Assembly: GCA_040954595.2 (NCBI GenBank)
Contig: CM082595.2
Coordinates: 3,457,943-3,521,942, forward strand
Source of the DNA: Balanoglossus misakiensis
Lineage: Eukaryota; Animalia; Hemichordata
Direction of reading: 5' to 3'
DNA: 64,000 nucleotides
The notes beneath the pieces are model-generated. The model made no database searches. It saw nothing but the letters and a program-made list of their open reading frames with translations, and was not told the DNA's origin. Below, piece after piece: positions 39,926 to 51,100 of this stretch (within the stretch, counting starts at the first letter, position 1; every line of letters begins with the position of its first letter). The translations under genes and the position numbers were made by a program.

Positions 39926-40776
39926 AAGGGTGGCCCTGTGAAGCTGGCTAAAACAATAAAGTTTGGAAGACCTTACCAATGTCGAAACATAATATTTGTC
40001 ACTTATTATCATTATCACTCATTATTTTGAGGGGACAAACAGCAGTTCACGGTGTTAGACCATAATGATTGCGATGCTGGTAGATATATAGGGCGCCGTC
40101 AACGTGAGCAGAGAAGAGGGGCTTTTGTTTTCTATGGAAGCCAAAATCGTGTCGTACAACCACAGCAATGTTTGCTCAAAAGACATCCGTGCAAAGTGAC
40201 TATATTCTGGCAACTGCACGCACAGAAAGTGGATTACTTTATTGCTTCTGAAGTTCTGGGGAAAATGAAGTGCTTCTATTTCTCTTTACAATTAACCATC
40301 GTCTAATATACACAAACATACACAAATAACAAAAAACACCACAAAATATATCATCTTAACTTGAACTTTATTTCTCAATATAAGGAACCAGAAATAATAA
40401 GCATACACATCTATAAACACTGAAATTAGTGTGATCACAATTTTATTTTACTGTCATAACTTTGAAATCATAAAAATTCTGTGATATAAAATCAGTTCAA
40501 CAAAAGATTGCTGCGAGCGGGCTACCCAACCCTTCCTTCAAGCCAAACACAGGAACAATTCCAAACAAGCGAAGGCAGGGAGGTAGGATTTTTCCAATGC
40601 TCTGACCAGCAGATGGGTGTTTACTCACCCATTAAGACTATCAAAAATTCAGTTCATGTCATCTGTAGACTAACAATAAAAAAATAATGAAAAATCCAGA
40701 TACAAGAAATCAAATAGCAATTGATTTAAATCAACATCCATTTCTCAGTGTAGATTGATTTGTTGATTTCCGTGGT

Positions 40777-41075
40777 TTTGGGGTCAGAGGTTACCAGCAC
40801 TTGACCCTCTCTGTTGGGGGAAGGTCTTTACCACCTTACCCTTACATCACATCTGTTGCCTTGGTAACCTGTTTCTTCAGAATTCCTTTCCTTTGATCAC
40901 ATTCACCAGCTTTCAATAAGATTATTATTTCCACAAGATCATGGCAGCCATCCTTTGAGCTGTCATCCATAGCAGTAGATTAGTTTTCAGATGCTGATGT
41001 ACACACAGTTTCGCTCTGCTTTGGGGTCAGAGGTTACTAGCACGTGACCCACCGTTGGGACAGGTCTTTACCACC
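40777..41075. repeat. Pair of ~58-bp direct repeats (40777-40835 and 41020-41075)
   Basis: tttggggtcagaggttac(c/t)agcac(t/g)tgaccc...gttggg...aggtctttaccacc occurs twice, 243 bp apart. Confidence 0.9.
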
Positions 41076-42396
41076 CATCCAGTCGATCAGCTACCGGACT
41101 CTGCAAATACGAGTTCCTTCCCAGCACGCACAAGGACAGCAACAACCGCCACCAGTAGTCACTCAGTCGGCCAACAGATCTGCATGGGTTTTGAACTCGT
41201 ACCTACCGTACCTATTCACGTAGCAAGGAAGACAAACACACAGACCTACTCAAGTACATATCCCCGTCCGAGAGACAGTGATTTCAGTACTGAGCTAGAT
41301 GTTACAGTTCTGAGTGCGCCCGCCCCACACAGCACGAGTTCGCCCACACATCTCTGCACACCCATACCAATTCACACGAAGCCATAGGTCAGACCACTCC
41401 ATTCTTCACAAATCGGTTGCTAGGCATCCATCCCATCACGCTCTTCCGGAGACACTGAAAGAGAATCTCGGGGCCCAAAGATTATATTGCAGGATCCACC
41501 AGGCCTATTTCATAAAATTAACTCTCCCATAGTATACAACATTATGTGATCTTCAGTTGTGGCCAAAGATTGAAAACATTCACATTTTTTTTTCAAAATT
41601 TTACTGTTTATAATTGTTAACTGAACTAAGTAAAGTATGAAGGATCATGCAAGCAATAGTGTGTACACCAACTTGATTCAGAGACCTATCAGACAACTAG
41701 TCCATCAGATTGAGGAAGTACCCCAATGCTAGATGTCTACACATGTTATTTCTAATATTTCATGACTATGGTAAATTTAGTTCATCTCCATCTTTGAACT
41801 AACACATGGTGATTATTGATACACTCAAATTTCATCTGCAAGGTCATTGAATCAAGCTGGGCAGACTGTTTTTGTATTACACCCTGAATTAGAACCATCG
41901 TACCTGTCTTGCCACCGGCAAAAACAGAGATCACTCCATTCATAGTGTACATACAGTGAAGGCAGATGTGAATGTTGTACAGGTGTGATATAGTACATCA
42001 TGCATAGAATATTACAAAATAAATGAACTTTACTATTTTCTATTCATAAGAGTTTATGAAGATCACTAAGGAATAGGACCCCCTTGGCCAGTGTAGCACA
42101 CAACTTGTATGGATGTCTGAGAGCACATTTGATGCTTGGATTGTTGAATCCCTGGGGTGGGATCAGGATTGTGCAACTTTACTCAACGTTCTGTAGGTGG
42201 GTATCGTAAGATGCCTAGTGCTGTTTTGTTTGTACTGTACTTCTGTCTGTTGCTTTGACGGTGGCAACTGCGGGAGTCTGATAGATAGAGCATGAAATCC
42301 ACACAGCACTTGAAACTGAAATTTGGTAACTTTTGTAAAATTAGAAGTGTGCTAGAAATCGGGTCGGTTACATTTCGTACACGGAGCTGAACGGTA

Positions 42397-43400
42397 GACA
42401 CCGGACGTCGAGTGTAAATTAGCCAAACCTGAAACGTCGACAGCGTAAAATTATTCAATTTTTTCACGCGATTTCCTTTTCTACAGTTTGAAAAACATTT
42501 CGAAATAAGGAATTTTCACTTACAGTTCAGCGGATATTCGGGCAAATGCTGAAAAAAATCTCAGAGCCTCGACAGACACAGTGCTTGCGATCGTCGCCGC
42601 ACCCGCACAAACAGCTGATACAGACATCAACAGACGTTGCTCTTGGCGACGAACTTTTCGACCAATAAGAAAGCACGTAATTACTATAGCCGAAACGACG
42701 CGATTTTTGACCAATCAGATAACGCAATATGGCGAATGCAGTATGGAACATGTGGAACATCATCGTCGCGTTTCCTCCACGCGCGCGCGCGTGTTCCTCT
42801 CCGTCGCGTCATTGTTGTGAAACTGATTCGGATGAAATGAACAACCCGGATGAAATGAACAACCCCTGAACAACGCGTACACATCTCCGCTTACGTTTTC
42901 TTCGATCTCAAAAATATCCACAGTACGTGAAACTTCTTCCAGTTGGAGTCGATTATTTGAATTATAAACGAATAAAGAAAATAATTATAAACAGTGGATT
43001 TTCAACAGACAACACTGTCGGATGTTTGCTTTGATCGCGATCGCGAAGCAACCGATCTGATACACCGGTGTACACGTAAAATTCTTCAACGTTTAAAATC
43101 ACAATCCATCCTTTTGCACATTCTAAAAAACATTTCCCGTGCGAGAACTACAAGCAGATTCACTTTTGATGAACTCATTTTACTTACTTTTCCGTGAATT
43201 TCGCCCTTTTTGATGAAATTTTCGGAGCGTTGAGACATACCCTGTTGCCCGTTGCCGCACACAGACAAAAGTGATGTATCCGATCAACAACTACCTGTTG
43301 CTCCTGACGACGAACTTTATTGGCCAATCAGAGAGCACGTATCTACCAACAATCGAAATGACGATTTTTATGGCCAATCAGAAAACGCAATGTATGGGTG
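42397..43400. repeat. Diverged direct duplication (~42397-42735 vs ~43062-43400) with an 18-bp tandem dimer at 42829-42864
   Basis: Colinear shared blocks cgtaaaatt.ttcaa, aaaaacatttc, cttac, gccgcac, gttgctc..g.cgacgaacttt, ccaat.aga.agcacgta, ccaatcaga.aacgcaat. Confidence 0.8.
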
Positions 43401-43649
43401 AATTAAGAATTCTTGTTTCTCCCGAACGAGATTACAATTCGTGATTTCACATGTTTCGTATCCACCGAACAGTTTATGTACCATAGTGTTCCATATCAAC
43501 CAAGCATTAGTCTATCTATTATTAATATCAAGATATACAAAATAGATCAAATGCTACCCCGTTTTTGTCCCAGATTGACAAAGTTATTCCCCTACGGATG
43601 GAAAAAGTTAAAAGTCACCCTGAAGCAATGTAAAGTCAAATTCAAATTC

Positions 43650-43655
43650 TTTATT
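43650..43655 (-). terminator. PLC-eta polyadenylation signal
   Basis: AATAAA on minus closing a ~1.5-kb AU-rich 3'UTR below the stop at 45170. Confidence 0.55.
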
Positions 43656-45169
43656 TCTCAAGAAATAATATGTACAGTGTATATTTACAAATGACGTCTT
43701 TTAACAATCAAATCACAATGATTGGAAATACTCTCCTGCAATAAGGTTTAATAATCAAAAATTGTCATGATTTCTAAAACGTCAAAAGTTTCATGAAAAA
43801 ATGTCATAGCAGAGTTAGTAATGTTATTTACTCTAAGAGTACATCTCGAGAAGTCAATAATATAAATAAATATAAATTCCATCTGTTTGGAGTGATTGTA
43901 ACTTTTAGCAAACTCTGATCTAAGCCCTGGTTCACAAAAAAGCAATATCTTTAGACATGTTCCAGGAATAACATTCTCTTCAAAACATCAAATATTGTCA
44001 GTACAATCAAAAGAGCAGTCCCAATACCTACACTGTATAATCACTAGGCTATAATAGTGAAGAAAGTGTCACAGCCATTATTTCGTAGCCAAGTGTTCGC
44101 AAAATCATAATAATTATCAAACATCAGCTTGCAGACACAATTTTAGGTAGTTATACCATTCCATCTTCCCACAAGGCCACCAACGAAACAGTGTATTTTC
44201 AACAAAATGCAGGACTTTATATGTTGAACTTAGACTCCAATCCACTGAGAGATGAATAGGAAATCAATGGCTTTAGTAATTCTTGATCTACAAATTTATA
44301 CAAATTAGTTCAATCTTAATCGACAGGAAAATCCTAGAAAAAGTTAATAATTGGATAGAAATGTTGAATGAATATTGAAGTAAGGTCATTGTTACAAATC
44401 AGCTGATTATCATAGCTAAATGGTAGTGTAAGTTATAACTAGAACTGTACATTGAAAGTTTTGCTGAATGCAAAAATTTAGCCCTTTCACATTTTCCAAC
44501 TGTCAACAAGCTCTGGTTTTAGTACCTGTCCCAACTATGTAAATTTATTTCAGATTGGTTCTGTCAAAAAAGGTTCTATTTACAACAGATCAGTGTGCAC
44601 TAAAAATTGGTACATTTTGTAAAGTGATGATGAGGAGAATAGGTTAGAATAGAATCCATATGGGTAGGGTTACTATAAATTGGCAAAAATTGTCTATAAG
44701 TTACAGCCGCTGTCAGTTAGTAAGTACATGGAATTATGATTATCAAGAACAAATAAAACAGTACTCATGTTCATTGTGAATTTGTGCGAAAAGTATTGGA
44801 ATTCATGCTAAAGTGATATATTCTTAAGAAAATTGGAATGGGTGTTGTCACAATACAGGAAATGTATTAAAAACAAATCAGTCTGATTGATTACATGTTC
44901 AAACATTATCAATTTTATAAAATTCTTGGTAAAAGCTAACCATTACAAATACCTTCATAAGGTCCATGAAAGAGCAATGAACTCTTGGTGGGGCTATCAC
45001 GTTCGGCCATCTTGCAACAGTTCGCAGATGATGATAGTGAAGGAGGGGGCGCCTGTCAACCCAGAGAATGTGATTGGATGCTTGAGACCTTTTCAACAGT
45101 GAAAATGTCAGTAAATTTCCCAGAAGTTACCAGAATAACTAAACAGACAGCAGTGTGCTCTAATTTGAA

Positions 45170-48100
45170 TTATGCCTGGGTATTTCTGGTTGGTGATGTC
45201 ATTAAACCGAATACACCAGTCCCGAATCTACGCACGTTCAGAGTACTTTGCTGCGACTGCACTGCGACATTCGCTGTTGGCTCACGTCTCTGGAACTCGC
45301 GGTATGCATCTGCCTTGGCAACGGCCTTGACTGGCCTCCCAGTCGGGAAGATCGGTGCATTCACACGGGATGATGATCGGGGAGTACTTTGAGCCGCGTT
45401 GGATTGTATTGCAAATGGAGGTAGACTATGTACAAGTTTATCTCTTGATGGGGTGATAACGTGATTTCTATGACTGAGCTTTGGTGTGTATTCCCTGATG
45501 GCTAAATGCTTATTGGTACTGGGTCTCAAGCTACTGGGGGATGCTGTGAAGTTCTTTGCAGTGTGTACGTCTCTTGCAGAGTTTGTTGGTATTTTCCCAT
45601 TGGAATAATTTCCTTCTGTTCTTCCATTCGCATTCTTTGTCTTACTCCTTTCAGAGAGATCGACAAGGTTATTACTGTTCACGTCAGAAAAAGCCTGCCT
45701 TTCCAAGCGGTTTTCAAGTCTGCCTGATACCCCACTCGGTGTTCTAGTCTGGTATTCCTGAGTTGAAGAACTCTCATCACTGTTTGGTTCTTTGACGGGA
45801 CTCATCTCTTCCTCGTCGTCAAGACTCGTTAATTTCTTCAGCTGGTCGAGAAGCGACGACGTACTGGCAGATCTCTGCTTGAGTTCCGGCTTGGCCGAGT
45901 CCTTCAGTTGAGCGCTGTAAATCCTCTGGAAGCGCTTGTGTGGCAACTTGAGCTTTCTCTTCAACATTACCGGACTGTCCATGGAGTTCTTCTGCTTCTT
46001 CCTCCTGATCACGTGATTGACGAACGACTGGTACTCGGACTGGTCGAATATATCCTGCAGGCTCAGGGTGTCTAAGCTGGCAGACTTGTTCGACTCCTCC
46101 AGTGATGGGTTTGACTGGAGTTTGCCCAGACAATCCAGGGACATGTCCACTACAGTGTCGGCTGATGAGCTGCTCGTTGTCGATGATGTATCAGTGTCTG
46201 CTTCTCTATGATCCAACTTAGAATCCATCAGAGTTGCGTCGATAGATAACATGATATCTTGGCGATGTCCTCCACGTGGTGAGTTGCGAGTCTCACTGAA
46301 CGATGAAGACACTGCCGGTGACCTAGGCATACCATTTGCAGAATGATAAGATCGTGATAGTGAGCTTTTCTGTGGGTGTGTTTGGACTTTGTTTTCCTGA
46401 TTCCCGTAAGAGTTTCTCTGAGTTTCAGTGTGATGCATCAGTTTGTTGTGACTTGCTAGTACTGTAGATCGAGCCTCTGGTTTCTTTGCATTCATTTCTT
46501 TCACAGTCTCTCTCCCATACCCGCTCGCTTGGAATCCATCTCTCAAGGAACTGATGTTGACATAGTCAGGTGAACGAGGTCGTTCTTTCTCTACTGGTCC
46601 CCTGTCAGGTGACTTGGCCAGGTGCTTCATCAGCCTATCAAGTGTCACGTTAGGGGAGGAGTCACTGATCGACAGATTGTCCTCTGAGTCGGACGAATGC
46701 GGCCAATTTTCACTCCATATATCATCAGTTGCTGTTACATTTATAGAGATTTCTGGACTGACAGCCTTCAATGTAGTGCTGTCATTGGACATGCGAATGT
46801 TGGGTGACCTTATATTAACAGTCTCATCTTGTACACCTTTCACATTATTTTCCTGATGTCCAGGGTTTGGTTCTGGTGTTCTCTTGATGGATACTGGTCC
46901 ATTGCTGGCACGATTTAGGTCATTTATTTCCTGGGGTTTAATTGGTTCTGCATGGGACGCTGCTGACTTGCTGGCCACTTGAATCACGTCTGGCAGATTT
47001 TCTTCTTTACTCATTGAGCCGTAACCGCCATTACTATCAACCCTTTCCCTGCCTGTCTCTTTCCTGCTGTTAGTTGCCACACGAGGACTTAGACTGCTCC
47101 CTTTGGTCTCCTCAGGAGTCTTTGGCGAGCAGAAGATACCAAAGATTTTGACAGGACTTCGGGGTTTTGGATTATGGTCCGCTGGCCTGTACTTGGCAGT
47201 TACTTCATGGTTAGTGAGATGCCCAGGATGGATCTGTTTAACCTCCTGCATTGAGTGATGCGTAGAAATAACCTGTCTCTCTTCAGCCTTGGTGTCCTGT
47301 TCTGATGTCATTCTGTACCTGCCCACCATACCTGGATTTGCTGGCTGAAGTATATTTCCGTTGTCACTGGCATTGCTACTGCTGCTGGTTAGATCAGAGA
47401 GCGTATCCGTTTCTCGGTACTCACTTGAGGTTGAGCCCTCTGTGTCTTTTGCTGCTGGGGTCATCAGAGTAGGTTTCGTATGTCCAGCTGCAAGTGGTAT
47501 TAGTTGTTCTGGAGAAGTTACGCTAGTAGTAGCTGTTCTTGACATCCGTTCCTCTTCGTCATGGATCTGGTTTAAAATTGAGAAATCAAGCGGGGGAGGC
47601 GGTTCAATCCTGCGAATTCCTCCTGGAATATTCTGTCTCGCATTCCGCTGAGGTACAGAGTTCCCCGACCTCATGTTGCTCATGATCAACTTGTACATGT
47701 CGGATCGCGGATCACCTCGTCCCCGGGGCCTGTTCCGAAAGGGATCGTGGGAGGAGTCTGAGGTAAACGAGGAGGAATCATGGGAGTCGGTGGTGGAGAC
47801 CGGGGTTTCGGGTAAAACGGTGCTCATTGAGGACAGGGACGACGAAAGCTCCCGCCTGATATGTGCATTCACCCCAACCCCGCCATGATGTCTCCTGAAC
47901 ATCTTGGATCGCTTGATGGCTTCCTCGTAACACGGCGGGGTCAAGGGCTTCTTAAGCATGACGTTCTTGACTCTGGAGAGGGCGCTATCAATTATAACAT
48001 TCACGAGTAGTTGGTCTTCTCGTATGGCAGTCAACAGCTGCGACACAGACATGTAGTCCAGCAACATGCGAATTTCCACAGGTCCAATGTATCGCGAGTT

Positions 48101-48186
48101 TCTCTCTCTCAACCAGTTGTCCACAGTACCTGGCAAGACATACGTCACTGGAGTGACAAAGGTCACAGTCTTTTTCTTTGGCCTAC
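45170..48186 (-). CDS. PLCH: PLC-eta terminal exon (3017 nt, ~1005-aa Ser/Pro-rich tail)
   Basis: tttctag|GT AGG CCA AAG... phase 1, matching the upstream exon; uninterrupted ORF to TAA at 45170. Confidence 0.88.
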
Positions 48187-51100
48187 CTAGAAATGTGGAG
48201 AAAAAATACTGAAGTGAATATAAAATGGGTTATGATTTGATTAGATTAGATTGTAACTCCAACCTTTACACCTCAATATGTTGGTATGGTTCTATAATTT
48301 CAAATAGTAAATTTCAAGTTACATACTCATACAAAATTCCAGGCTCACGGAATGAGATGGGGGTTTGTAAAATGCTGTGCATATTATGTAAATGCATACA
48401 CCAATGTGCTGGATATAGTTAACCCTATCACCCCCAGTTCACTCTTTAGAGGTCCAACCTTCCCATAGAAAACAATGGGTTTGGACTGAACCATGGCGGT
48501 GAAAGGATTGGAGGGGTGAAACACAACGTCAAACACAAGTGTTCACAAAGAAAATAAATTGTGAGAAAAATTAAACATTCACCAGACAATACTCTAGTAA
48601 CACAAAAAGCACAACATGACACAGCACAAGCAAGATATAGAGGCGCCGCAGTACTCAGTTACCTTATATAGAATCCACAGATTCTGTCATGTTAGATGGT
48701 TTAGATGAAATGAAGAAAGACAGGCAGAACAAGAAATGGTTAGTTCGGTGTAAGCTGTGAATTGACACACTTACACACACACTCAAGATTATATAAGAGA
48801 AGACAAGCAGATATGTACATACAGAACAGAATCTTTTTTAAAAAAAAGAAAGCCTGAAAAGGAATTTTATTAGACATCTTGAATATTTAAATTCGCTTAT
48901 TGTTTACCGTACTACTTTGAAAGACTATCTTGTAGGAACCAACACAAGACATGTGTCATATTCTTAAAGTACTGAAAATAATGTTGACTCATTATTACCA
49001 TTTGCATAATCACTCAAAGGAGAGACTTCTTGTAAAACAGTGAGACGTACTGTCTATTTGCACAATGTTTTTTACAACTGTCGGCCATGTTGACAACATT
49101 ATGTTTTCATAGTCGTTACCTTTATCACTGTCCTCACTATTGCTGTGTTTCATGGCACTGTTTGGGGGATCGTTGTACGTGACGACCGGCGTCCTGGGTT
49201 TTCGGTTCCCACTCAACATGTTCGGCATGCTGCTTCGTCTCTTCAGTCGGTTGATGAAGGACGACTTCCTGGTCACCCTCTCTGGCGTGTCGATCGTCGT
49301 CTGTCGTGTCAGGGCGGGTTTGGAGTGGGATTTCTTCTTCAGGCCTCTGTATGTCAGCTGATGGGAATTTAACGAGCAATGAAGTCAGTATTAGATTATT
49401 AGCTACAAAACAAACGGCCCAACAGAATAAAACTGTGCATGCTGGCAATTGCAATGCTGTCTTTCAATCAGGAACTGACAAAGTCACATGATAACATTAC
49501 ACAAATGAAAAAATTCTATGTTCATTTAAGCTCATAGTTCTGTTTGTGCCATGGTCCATTGGCAGAAACCAAATATTAAATTCTACATGTGATGGCATGG
49601 GGTTGCTGTAGATGTCAAAAAATTCTACAAACATTAGCAATCTTAAAAATCCAGAAATATATCAGTTGATTCACCTGGTTTTGTAACTTGGTTAGTATGT
49701 CTTGAATTAGCATGCAGAGTCGGTCTCCACAGAAATATGATACTTAATAAAAGATGACATAATTCATAAATATGACCCATGGATAACCTGTTCCAAGCTA
49801 ATTCCTCTCAGAAGAGATTTTTATAGAAGTACAGACTTCCTATTGCCCAGGGCTTTGAAGTACCCTGTGAATCAGACTACATGTGATGTGTTGCGCGCAA
49901 GACTATTGAACAAACAACCATCCAGAGGCTCTTGAAAGATTCCCAGGGGCCTATGAAACACTCTTATCTCTGCTTCTTACATGAGAAACTACGTTTGATG
50001 TGAGTCACTGCCGGCACTTTCAGGATGTTGCCAGTACTTCATTTGGAGATGTCTTTTCAAATGTCTGCTACCCCTTGTGAATCGACGAGACAAGTTATAC
50101 TTCTTAAACCGCACTCAATAATATACCCTGGGTGTACTCATACTCAAACAACCGCAGGTATATGTACATGTACTAGTTTATCAGGGAGAGTATACGACAT
50201 AAGTTCTTTCATAACTAGGTTGTGTAAGACACGACAGTTTCTTATCAGTAGCAGACATGTTCTATAATTCAAGCATTTCATCATACTTGGGTAACTGAGG
50301 GAATATCTATACGATAAGCATTTGAGATGCCATGAGGCTCAAAACTGTCCAGTGTAACTATATGAAAGCTCGATTTTACCCACTTCCCAATACTTAAATA
50401 AAATAATGAATAAATAAATATTTCATGTCACTCAACATAAATATACACCTCACATTTAATGTGAGAGTTCCTTATCAGGAAGAAGTCATGAAATATAAAA
50501 TACTTACCCTATCTGTGAGATTATTTATGCTAACATGTACAAATAAGGAGGCTTGTTCCAGGCCTTCTAGATGTATGTGTCTGTAACCTGAAAAACATAA
50601 GATAGAATATTTCTTCTGTCAATCACATAATTTGATTGCATGTTGAGTGAGTGTTCATGAAAGCCCTATAGGCCTTGCATTTGGATACACTGAAATATAG
50701 TAAAAAAGTCTAAATCTATACTTGGCATTTACCTGGCGCAAGGCTTGTAAATGGCAGTGTTTTTTGTCCGATGAAATCTCGACCGATGGGATCCTCATCC
50801 CACACAACGAATCTGACCAAAGCTAAGGCTGGCAAGTGAAGCGTGAAGACCATCGTCTCGTCCCAGACTGGGTTGAATCCTGTGAAATAAGGACAAGGGA
50901 GACAGAGTTATAATTGGATCGTATAACTGAGTGGTTGAGACCAGCGTTAAACTGCACTGTTCTAGAAGAATTCTGGAAGCTTTTCAGACATCTTACCATT
51001 GTCAGTGATTGTCTGTGTCTGTCTCCGAGCACAGTCTATTGGCAAACCAACTATTTCAACCTCAACATACGGGTCAATAATCTGCAAACAAAGAATAAGA

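Larger units (their letters stand above)
40350..43400 (-). ncRNA. Candidate spliced non-coding (or microprotein) transcript between PLC-eta and TMCO4
   Basis: CpG-rich region with paired CCAAT boxes; GTAAGT donors at 42523 and 43187; acceptor tttcag at 42429; AATAAA at 40367-40372 followed on minus by a GU-rich downstream element; no long ORF. Confidence 0.35.

Noticed and set aside
41040-41500. Possible selenoprotein or readthrough ORF in the GC-rich block; plus-strand ORF 41055..41387
   Set aside because: Minus frames contain TAA/TAG as well as TGA; the plus ORF lacks a true ATG start, splice support and recognisable similarity.
37509-47888. Plus-strand ORFs antisense to TMCO4 and PLC exons
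   Set aside because: Shadow ORFs of the real minus-strand coding exons.
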